Below, piece after piece: positions 16,344 through 24,162 of a stretch of 32,000 bases of DNA. Origin of the DNA: Candidatus Saccharimonadota bacterium (lineage in GTDB: Bacteria > Patescibacteriota > Saccharimonadia > Saccharimonadales > Saccharimonadaceae). A model generated the notes under the pieces. It made no database searches. It saw only the letters and a list, made by a program, of their open reading frames with translations, and was not told where the DNA came from. Position numbers and translations under genes: made by a program. Each line of letters begins with the position of its first letter. Position 1 is the first letter of the stretch. The stretch covers positions 240,001-272,000 of the forward strand of contig CP006915.1 of assembly GCA_000503915.1 (NCBI GenBank). The letters run 5' to 3'.

Positions 16344-17516
16344 CTACCTATTTAGCAGTAAGTCGAGGCGATGGTCACAACGTTCAAGCGTCTTTCCGTC
16401 GAGTGTGTCCCCAAACGCAAGTTCTTTCGTCTGGATGATGCGGTTTTTATATTTCTCCTGGTATTCGACTGGTTGGTAAACAGCTTGCCGGAGCGCTGCG
16501 ACTAGCTCCTGCTGATCTTTGACTACTGCGCCAGCTCTATATTCGGGGGGTGCCGAAAAGCCTTTAGCAAATGGCGGCTTGACATCAAGGTATACGATTG
16601 GTCTATTCGTTACCAAAAAGTCCATAGCAATCGATGACCAATCATTAATGAGTACATCACTAATTGCTAAGAATTCCTCGGTATTGGGGTACTGAGAATA
16701 TGGCATAATGTGTATGTTTTTCGCATTTTGGAACTGCTCACTATCGCCTGAGTTCAAATGTGCACGAAATATTACCTGTATATTGTCCTCCCTTGCGATC
16801 GAGAGTATGCACTGCATAAACTCTGCCAGAGTAAGACCAAATGGTACTATGCTACGATGTCGGTTATCTTGCTTCCATGTCGGAGCAACAAGTATGGTCT
16901 TTTTGGCAGGGTCGAGCCCATGTGTTTTCATAATTGCTTTGCGCTGTTTTGTATAGCGCCATATGTCTTCTACGCGGGCACATCCTGTGACCTTTACTTT
17001 TCCAGCATCAAACCCATACTTATGAATGTACATTTTCCTTACGCCTCTGGAACTTACCCAGACCTCATCGGAGGGATGGAGATGCTTGAAGTCGCTCGCA
17101 TCGAACCCTTTATACGCGAGGGGTGAATGAAAAAGGTCAATAAACTTCATCGAGGTAAGCATACGTAACAAAACAAAGTGGTGTAAGCCGTGGCTGCTAA
17201 AAAAGACTGAAGCGCGAGTAAGCTTTGCTAGGTCTCGAAAGCTCAACCCGTCTAATACGCGATATCCCGCACTCCTAAGTTGTCTTGTCGTCTTCTTGTG
17301 GTCAAAAGACAAGAAATAAACATCCACATCCGGGCGGTTTAGCCAGTAAGTATACAGTGTGCGTAAGTGGCTATTGAGGGTGTGTCCATAGAAAACGACA
17401 ATAGCCTTTTTCGGCCTTCTCGGCTTTGTGAGGCGATAAGGAAGAGCAAGCAGTAGCAAGCAACTGGAGGCAAAGAGCGCCATCCAGTGCCATGGATTTG
17501 ATTTATCAATTTTCAT
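16344..17516 (-). CDS. CDP-glycerol glycerophosphotransferase family protein (TagB/TagF-like)
   Basis: ILVAPTWKQD and VLINDWSSIAMDFLVTNRPIVY resemble the conserved TagF-family C-terminal blocks. An N-terminal membrane anchor is present. Confidence 0.65.
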   Translation of the reverse strand: MKIDKSNPWHWMALFASSCLLLLALPYRLTKPRRPKKAIVVFYGHTLNSHLRTLYTYWLNRPDVDVYFLSFDHKKTTRQLRSAGYRVLDGLSFRDLAKLTRASVFFSSHGLHHFVLLRMLTSMKFIDLFHSPLAYKGFDASDFKHLHPSDEVWVSSRGVRKMYIHKYGFDAGKVKVTGCARVEDIWRYTKQRKAIMKTHGLDPAKKTILVAPTWKQDNRHRSIVPFGLTLAEFMQCILSIAREDNIQVIFRAHLNSGDSEQFQNAKNIHIMPYSQYPNTEEFLAISDVLINDWSSIAMDFLVTNRPIVYLDVKPPFAKGFSAPPEYRAGAVVKDQQELVAALRQAVYQPVEYQEKYKNRIIQTKELAFGDTLDGKTLERCDHRLDLLLNR

Positions 17517-17553
17517 TCGTCATATTATAGCACTCGCACCGGCGATATATAGC

Positions 17554-19020
17554 CTATTGTTTTATTACTGGTTCAATTAGGTGCTTGACCTTGAGGTTTG
17601 CGTGCAATGAACCCTTCCAATAGGCGCTCTCAGGTGTCGTAATAAGATGCGTCACGATGCTACCGCCTTGACTTAGCACTAATACTACCAGTACTGCCGC
17701 ACTAAATTGCAGCTTTTTGTATCGGTAGAAGATCGAATTTATAGAAAACAGGGTTAACGCTATATATAGCGGCAGTATTGGAATAAGATAGCGGGCTCGA
17801 ATTGCCACCGGAGTCCCAGCTTTTAAATAAGATCCATACTCACTGGCAATTAAAATCAGCGTAAAGCCCCCAATTATTACCAACAACATAACTCTCGCTC
17901 TACTTCTCAATATATCTTTCAGACCTATGAGAATCATGGCTACAGAGAACAAAGCTAAAATTTCGTAGAGTTTTGATACGACGGGAAGCTGCGATACACG
18001 TCCTTTCTCTAGTAGATTGGTCATGGTGTTAGACATGATGCGAGACCAGTGCTCTACCGTATACCTCACTGGGTCAACAGGATCAAAATTTGGATTCTTA
18101 TGCGCTTTTAGCGTAGAGTACACTACGTAGTCAGGAAAAGCTTTACAGCGCTCGCTCCCTATGACAACCTCACAGGACGGCGCAGGTTTTCCATACTCAA
18201 GTGTGTTTAGGACCGGTCGTTCTATAAATAGCGAAGCAGTAACCGTTAATCCTACCAACAAAAGAACGCGTGTCCTCAGCGGTATTGCTCTAAATGACTT
18301 AATGAATGCAGCCACTATATTCATTTTGTATTTCTTAAGGTAATGGTACCCAAGATAAACTAAGAGAGGTATGACTAATGCTATAGAGGTCCACTTCACG
18401 ACCGTTATAAAGAGACCTACTATCAAGAATAAGATAATGCGGTCTGCCCGAAGCGTAGCGTCATGAAGAAGCCGTATACTCAACAATAAGAGGAAAGAGA
18501 ATAAAAGAAAGGCCGCACTATCATAATTCACTATGCCTGCTAGCAAGCCAACTGCTGGGGTAAGAACGAAAAAGAGCAATGCAAAATTGACTATCCCTCC
18601 AGATAAGCCCTTCACCTCCAGGAGAGCTTTGCGTATAACGATGATCGCACCTATGAAGACGGCTAAGCAAATAAGCCTAAGACTAATTAGCTGGAACCCA
18701 TAATCGCTACTAATCATCTCAAGCAAGCGCAGCGGCCAGCTCATTAAATAGTAGAACATATAAGAACCATCGCGCACTACACCACCTAAATGGTCCCACG
18801 CTGGATTTTGACTGCCTAGAAATGGGCTTAGTTGATGAGTGTAGAGTTGTATATTCTCAAAATGTCTCGCCTCATCGTTTATCCAGGGCCGAAAGCTAAA
18901 TGCATACCACAACCCCTGTGTGATGGTTATGGCGACAATGGCATAAAAAAAGTGCTTTGATGCGAAAAACCCCATCAACTTATCAAAATAATTTTTGCTG
19001 CTCTTCTTCTTTACCCTCAT
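17554..19020 (-). CDS. GT-C-like polytopic membrane glycosyltransferase (ArnT/PMT_2-like)
   Basis: About 12 TM helices, with WINDEARHFEN in the first extracytoplasmic loop (the acidic GT-C motif position). The ORF is open to 19098, but MRVKKK at 19020 fits a TACAAT -10 element about 26 nt upstream (about 19051..19046, minus strand). Confidence 0.55.
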   Translation of the reverse strand: MRVKKKSSKNYFDKLMGFFASKHFFYAIVAITITQGLWYAFSFRPWINDEARHFENIQLYTHQLSPFLGSQNPAWDHLGGVVRDGSYMFYYLMSWPLRLLEMISSDYGFQLISLRLICLAVFIGAIIVIRKALLEVKGLSGGIVNFALLFFVLTPAVGLLAGIVNYDSAAFLLFSFLLLLSIRLLHDATLRADRIILFLIVGLFITVVKWTSIALVIPLLVYLGYHYLKKYKMNIVAAFIKSFRAIPLRTRVLLLVGLTVTASLFIERPVLNTLEYGKPAPSCEVVIGSERCKAFPDYVVYSTLKAHKNPNFDPVDPVRYTVEHWSRIMSNTMTNLLEKGRVSQLPVVSKLYEILALFSVAMILIGLKDILRSRARVMLLVIIGGFTLILIASEYGSYLKAGTPVAIRARYLIPILPLYIALTLFSINSIFYRYKKLQFSAAVLVVLVLSQGGSIVTHLITTPESAYWKGSLHANLKVKHLIEPVIKQ

Positions 19021-19156
19021 ATCCATACGTATCATTAATTGTAGCACGTACTCTGCTGTAGACAGCTTACCCTTTTTACAACACCAAGCGGTTGTCACCT
19101 CTTTCCGTATATGCTAAAATATGTAATGAATTCTAGCTAAAATCAACATTGGACAT

Positions 19157-19747
19157 ATGCGATCAATCAACTCAGCAAAACGAAGATCAAAAAAAAAGCT
19201 ATTGGCTATAGCTATCACTTTAGTTCTTGCCGCGGGGGGAGCACTTGGCGGCGCCTACGCACTTAAAGTTGGGCCATTTCACCCTACGAACAATACTCCG
19301 CAGTCAACGCCCGACCCATCACTTTCCGACGATACCGATTCCACCCCCAACACTACTTCAAAGCACCCTACTGACACTACCTCAAACAGCGTTAAAAACA
19401 ACGATGTCAAGAAAAGTGGATCATCTGCGGCGTCCCCCGACTCCGCTCAATCTACCACTCTAGAGATAACCTCTGTGACAGATAATTCCGACGTCGTTAC
19501 CATACATACTCTGATTCAGAAGGTCACCACATTAGGCACATGTCAGTTAACCGTAAAGAATAAGACCAATGGCTTGACCTACCGAGACTCTGCCGGGGTC
19601 CAGGCTCTTCCAAATGCCTCAACTTGCAAGGGTTTCTCGGTAACAAAGTCTAAGCTGGGGAGTGGCACGTGGCAAGTAACTATCGACTATCAAGTCGACA
19701 GTGTGTCAAAAGGTACCGCAAGTAAGGAGGTAGAGATTGATGCGTAA
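19157..19747 (+). CDS. Membrane-anchored surface protein with an S/T/P-rich linker and a small Cys-containing C-terminal domain (hypothetical)
   Basis: 196-aa ORF with a basic N-terminus plus TM helix (LLAIAITLVLAAGGALGGAY). A low-complexity PTNNTPQSTPDPSLSDDTDSTPNTT linker follows, then a roughly 100-aa domain with two Cys residues. Confidence 0.6.
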   Translation: MRSINSAKRRSKKKLLAIAITLVLAAGGALGGAYALKVGPFHPTNNTPQSTPDPSLSDDTDSTPNTTSKHPTDTTSNSVKNNDVKKSGSSAASPDSAQSTTLEITSVTDNSDVVTIHTLIQKVTTLGTCQLTVKNKTNGLTYRDSAGVQALPNASTCKGFSVTKSKLGSGTWQVTIDYQVDSVSKGTASKEVEIDA

Positions 19748-21635
19748 GCTTACCCTGCTTGGCACTTTTGGCTTCCTTGTTGTTGGTATATTTTTCCATG
19801 TACCTACCGCCAACGCTATAACCGGTTGGAAGGCAGGTCGCATTATCAACGACAGTACCTTCACCGCTTCGACTTCAATGTCGGCAAGTTCTATCCAGTC
19901 ATTCTTAAATGCCAAGGTGCCTACCTGCGACACGAACGGTACTCAAATCTCTGAATACGGTGGCCCCGATCTGAATAAAGACGGCAAGGTACAACGCTGG
20001 GAATGGGGAAAAGCCTACTATAACCAGACAAAATTTATCTGCTTAAAGAACTGGAAAAATTCCAGCGGCGTCTCGGCTGCCCAGATAATATATAACGTGG
20101 CTCAGAAGTATAGGATTAGCCCTAAAGTACTCGTAGTACTGCTACAAAAGGAACAATCGCTCGTTACAGACACCTGGCCGCTAAGTCAGCAATACAAGAC
20201 CGCAACAGGATATGGCTGCCCAGACACTGCGCCTTGTGATTCGCAATATTACGGCCTCGAGAACCAGCTCGACTGGGCGGCAAAGATGTTTCGGGCCATC
20301 ATGGATAACTCCCCCACATGGTATACGCCCTATGTCCTTGGCAATAATTATATTCAGTACAATCCGTCCTCTTCGTGCGGCGGAAGCACTGTAAATATCG
20401 AGAACCGCGCCACACAAGCGCTCTACAACTATACCCCCTACCAGCCAAATAAGGCAGCTCTTGACGCAGGCTGGGGCACCGCACCTTGCGGCGCCTACGG
20501 AAACCGGAACTTTTATCTTTACTTCATGAGTTGGTTCGGTCAGCCCAATGCAAATGCCACTTACGGGTATACGCTCATTTCACAAGAACTTTACAGTGAC
20601 TCAGGATATACCAACAAGGTTGCGACTGATACTCTCACCATGAATCGTACCTCCAGTGTATACGTAAAATTAGTAGTGAAGAACACTGGTAATCAAACGT
20701 GGTACAATGACTTCCTCAAAATAGGCACCCAAGACTATCAAGATCGCACTTCAGCTTTCAGTGACTCTTCATGGCTGAAGAGTAATCGCGCTACTCGTAT
20801 GGAGGAGCCTTCGGTCGCCGCCGGTGGAACCGCTACGTTTAAATTCAAGCTCACAGCTCCAGACGTCGCTTATAAGCCATACGATGAGTCGTTCGGCGTG
20901 GTGATTGAGGGTCAACGCTGGCTTTCGGGCTCGTTCACTTATCATCTCCTCGTCCAAGATCCGGTCGCTTCCTATTCAGCCCAGAATGTCGGTACTACCG
21001 CTACTGCCAGCCCGACTGGTCGCTTCCCGCAAGACACAGCAAATATAGAAAGTTGGGCAGACAATACCTTCTATGTAACGGTGAAAGTGAAGAATACTGG
21101 TACGCGTCCTTTTCCCGCCGATACTACAAAGATTGGTACGACAAATTCTACAGATAGAACAAGTGATTTTCAGACTAGCGGATGGCTGTCAGCCAATCGT
21201 GTTGCAGCAGCTAGCAGCGAAATACTGCCCGGCGATACTGCAACCTTCAAATTCAGTATGACTTCACCGACTGGCCAAAGTGGCTTAAAAAATGAGCAAT
21301 TCGGTCTTGTAATCGAAGACCAGCGGTGGATAACGAATAATATCGCCTCTCTAGGGATAAATATTGGCAATCAGCCCCCCTCTTCATTAATACACTCAAC
21401 TCCCACGTTACTGAAAACCGAATATCTTTCTTCTTCCGATAATCGTTTCCGTCTTGTTCTGCAGAGAGATGGAAATCTTGTACTATACTCAGTTACTACT
21501 GGTAAGCCTCTCTGGAATACACGCACCTACGGAAAAGACGGCTCAAGACTTGTCTTACAAAGCGATGGCAACCTTGTGCTCTACACATCGACCAATAAGC
21601 CTCTCTGGAATACACGCACCTACGGCGCCAAATAG
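19740..21635 (+). CDS. Secreted multidomain protein. N-terminal Cys-rich domain (possibly lysozyme-like), two tandem Ig-like (NBR1-type) repeats, and C-terminal bulb-type mannose-binding lectin repeats.
   Basis: AAGGAGG lies 9 nt upstream of ATG 19740, and a signal peptide is present (LLGTFGFLVVGIFFHVPTANA). Two internal repeats have the pattern VKNTG...DRTS.F..S.WLS.NR...GDTATFKF...FGLVIE.QRW. The C-terminus has two Q-x-D-x-N-x-V-x-Y motifs (QRDGNLVLY and QSDGNLVLY). Confidence 0.8.
   Translation: MRKLTLLGTFGFLVVGIFFHVPTANAITGWKAGRIINDSTFTASTSMSASSIQSFLNAKVPTCDTNGTQISEYGGPDLNKDGKVQRWEWGKAYYNQTKFICLKNWKNSSGVSAAQIIYNVAQKYRISPKVLVVLLQKEQSLVTDTWPLSQQYKTATGYGCPDTAPCDSQYYGLENQLDWAAKMFRAIMDNSPTWYTPYVLGNNYIQYNPSSSCGGSTVNIENRATQALYNYTPYQPNKAALDAGWGTAPCGAYGNRNFYLYFMSWFGQPNANATYGYTLISQELYSDSGYTNKVATDTLTMNRTSSVYVKLVVKNTGNQTWYNDFLKIGTQDYQDRTSAFSDSSWLKSNRATRMEEPSVAAGGTATFKFKLTAPDVAYKPYDESFGVVIEGQRWLSGSFTYHLLVQDPVASYSAQNVGTTATASPTGRFPQDTANIESWADNTFYVTVKVKNTGTRPFPADTTKIGTTNSTDRTSDFQTSGWLSANRVAAASSEILPGDTATFKFSMTSPTGQSGLKNEQFGLVIEDQRWITNNIASLGINIGNQPPSSLIHSTPTLLKTEYLSSSDNRFRLVLQRDGNLVLYSVTTGKPLWNTRTYGKDGSRLVLQSDGNLVLYTSTNKPLWNTRTYGAK
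21503..21625 (+). repeat. Perfect 30-nt direct repeat (two copies 93 nt apart) inside the lectin repeats
   Basis: TAAGCCTCTCTGGAATACACGCACCTACGG occurs at 21503-21532 and 21596-21625. The flanking lectin-repeat DNA is clearly diverged. Confidence 0.9.
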
Positions 21636-21643
21636 TCGACTGT

Positions 21644-21653
21644 TTTGTTATAA
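21644..21653 (+). promoter_or_regulatory. Extended -10 promoter motif TTGTTATAAT (copy 3)
   Basis: This is the same 10-mer as at 10871-10880. TATAAT ends 12 nt before ATG 21666. Confidence 0.45.
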
Positions 21654-21665
21654 TGGGCTTATAGC

Positions 21666-22835
21666 ATGAAGAAGATATACATAGACGGCCTTGGCTTAAT
21701 CGACGGGCACTTTAGTGGTATTGGCCAATATATTCTCGGCATACTGCGAGGAATGGATGACCTAATTGACGAAAGCTCCTCTACGGGCAGGAGGCTCCCT
21801 CCTGTCTATGTTGTTATCCCCTACGACAAAGTAAAGCGCTTCAACTCTTTTAAGTTTCGCCACATCCGCTACAAACTCCTGCCACTGCCTTTCCGCTACG
21901 TGGCGGCCTTATGGCACCGAGGCTGGATGCCACCGATCGATTTGTGGTGTGGTAGAGGTACCTACTTCTTCCCACGTTTTGTCGATATGCCTCTTTTGTT
22001 TAGTAAGAACTGCGGCCTTGTGATTTATGATATCTCCTACGAGCTTCATCGCCAATATTCGGATGAAGGAAACGCAATTTTTCTTTCGAAACGAGTTAAG
22101 CGTTCCATTGAGCGCACTAAGAACGTCATCACAATATCTGAAAACGCGAAGCGAGAAATTGTTGATTTTTATCACGTACCCAAGTCGCGGGTACATGTTG
22201 CAACTCCAGCTGTCGACCAACGCATTCTCTACAGAAAAAACGAACAAGAGGTTGCGGCAGCTAAGATGAAGTACGGAATCACAGCAAAACATTATATCCT
22301 TGCTCTTTCTAATCTTGAGCCTCGCAAAAACCTAAGAGCACTCGTGGATGCATATTGCAGCTTGCCCGCTGCACTCCGTAAGGACACCGCGCTGCTGCTC
22401 GTCGGAGTAAGTGGCTGGAAAGCAGATGCACTATTTGACGAAATCATCCAGAAGGTAAGTGAGGGCTACAATATTATTCGTCCTTCAAAATACGTTTTAG
22501 ATACAGATAAGGCAGCCATTATTTCAGGCGCCTCACTCCTCGTATACCCCAGTCACTACGAAGGTTTTGGCATACCGCCTCTAGAAGCACTTGCCTGTGG
22601 CGTACCCGTCATTACCTCTGATAATTCTTCATTGCCGGAGGTCGTAAAAGGCGTAGGTACCATGATAGATGTCAGTAAAGGCAATCAGGAGCTGAAGAAA
22701 GCCCTCTTCGATACACTACAAAACTTGAGGCACGCCCAGCAAAAAGCGTTAACCGAGGGGCCGACACGGGCAGCTGAATTTTCCTGGAAGCATAGTGCAC
22801 AGGTATTTTTTGATATTGCCGAGAGGATGAAGTAG
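21666..22835 (+). CDS. GT4-family glycosyltransferase (mannosyltransferase-like)
   Basis: YPSHYEGFGIPPLEALACGVPVITSDNSSLPEVV is the canonical GT4 E-x7-E block. Confidence 0.85.
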   Translation: MKKIYIDGLGLIDGHFSGIGQYILGILRGMDDLIDESSSTGRRLPPVYVVIPYDKVKRFNSFKFRHIRYKLLPLPFRYVAALWHRGWMPPIDLWCGRGTYFFPRFVDMPLLFSKNCGLVIYDISYELHRQYSDEGNAIFLSKRVKRSIERTKNVITISENAKREIVDFYHVPKSRVHVATPAVDQRILYRKNEQEVAAAKMKYGITAKHYILALSNLEPRKNLRALVDAYCSLPAALRKDTALLLVGVSGWKADALFDEIIQKVSEGYNIIRPSKYVLDTDKAAIISGASLLVYPSHYEGFGIPPLEALACGVPVITSDNSSLPEVVKGVGTMIDVSKGNQELKKALFDTLQNLRHAQQKALTEGPTRAAEFSWKHSAQVFFDIAERMK

Positions 22836-22836
22836 T

Positions 22837-24129
22837 ATGGCCACAATCGGCATAGATCTTACTCCCATTCAAGGGCCTCACCGCATGCGGGGCGTGGGCT
22901 CTGTCGTTATAAACGTTATGCGGCATCTCTCCGATAAGGACAGAAAAAAACACAAGTTGGTACTTTTTCTATACGAACAGGGCAAAGAGGCTGCGCTCGA
23001 TTTAGTAAAAGCGGATCTTTTACAAGACTATGAAGTTCGTATTGTCAAACCGGCCCCCTCCTCGCAACCACCAAATTTAAAAACAAAAGCCGGACTTCTC
23101 CATCTCCCTGTTCGTCTCCGCAATGCCCTCGCCGACCATCGACTTGGAAGTAAGCGGATTACTATAGTTGATGACCTGGACGTTTTTCTACAGTTTGAGC
23201 AAGACATCTTACCGCCACGTGGCGTGAAATCAGTCGTGATTGCTTACGATCTTATTCCGTATATACTCGAGAGTGATTATCTCTGGAATTACGATACCGC
23301 TCGTCACAAGCATCACTATTCGCGCCGCGGAGCTCTTAAGGCGCAGCTAAAACGCAGCCTTTACCTAAAAAAGGTTAAGACTGCAATGAACAGATCAGAA
23401 AAGATCATTGCCATTTCAAACCACACGAAACAAGACTTCTTGAAATACTTAGAAGTACCCAGAGACAAAATTGATGTTGTCTACCTTGGTGTCTCCGAGT
23501 ATACAACCCCTAAGCATGCGAAACCGACATCAGTTGAGCGATACTTAAACAGTTCCTGGGGTGATATAAATGTAAAGATTGCCCTGCCCGACACCCCGTT
23601 TCTTCTCTTTGTCGGCGGAGCAGATCCTCGCCGAAAGCTAGCGGATCTTGTACATGCCTTTAACCTGCTGCGAGCCCAAGGGAATGATCTTCACCTAGTA
23701 CTAGCGGGCGACACAATGCTAGGTCCAAACTCCATCCCCAACGCGGAAGCGAAACACGCCCTTCTGTCATCTTCTTACCTTGACGACATATATATGCTTG
23801 GTTTTGTAGAGGAACTAACTCGAGAATGGCTGTATCAAAACGCCACTGCTTTTGTTTACCCCAGCACCTACGAGGGGTTCGGCCTTCCTGTCTTAGAGGC
23901 ACTCCGCTATAGAACACCCGTCATAACGTATGATAATTCATCAATACGTGAAATTGCGGGAGAGAAAGTATCTTATGCCGCTGGTTATAAAGGCATAGCT
24001 GCAGCGGCCAAGGAGTTGTTAATCAGCCTTAACACCAAGGAGACTTCACACAATGAGAAGCTTAATATTTCCGATGAGTTTAGCTGGTCAAAAACCAGTA
24101 AAACAATCATGCGCCTCACTGAAGGTTAG
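22837..24129 (+). CDS. GT4-family glycosyltransferase
   Basis: YPSTYEGFGLPVLEALRYRTPVITYDNSSIREIAG is present. The gene starts 1 nt after the upstream stop. Confidence 0.85.
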   Translation: MATIGIDLTPIQGPHRMRGVGSVVINVMRHLSDKDRKKHKLVLFLYEQGKEAALDLVKADLLQDYEVRIVKPAPSSQPPNLKTKAGLLHLPVRLRNALADHRLGSKRITIVDDLDVFLQFEQDILPPRGVKSVVIAYDLIPYILESDYLWNYDTARHKHHYSRRGALKAQLKRSLYLKKVKTAMNRSEKIIAISNHTKQDFLKYLEVPRDKIDVVYLGVSEYTTPKHAKPTSVERYLNSSWGDINVKIALPDTPFLLFVGGADPRRKLADLVHAFNLLRAQGNDLHLVLAGDTMLGPNSIPNAEAKHALLSSSYLDDIYMLGFVEELTREWLYQNATAFVYPSTYEGFGLPVLEALRYRTPVITYDNSSIREIAGEKVSYAAGYKGIAAAAKELLISLNTKETSHNEKLNISDEFSWSKTSKTIMRLTEG

Positions 24130-24162
24130 ACCCAAACGCGTGTGACGCCCTCCCCCTTGTCG

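Noticed and set aside
21454-21669. 71-aa alternative-frame ORF with an internal SLSGIHAPT repeat
   Set aside because: The repeat is just the 30-nt DNA duplication of the lectin gene read in another frame. The lectin frame carries the QxDxNxVxY motifs.
24130-24162. Possible bidirectional terminator between convergent GT4 genes (TGACG...CGTCA)
   Set aside because: It has only a 5-bp stem with a 13-nt C-rich loop and no U-tract on either strand, which is too weak to call.
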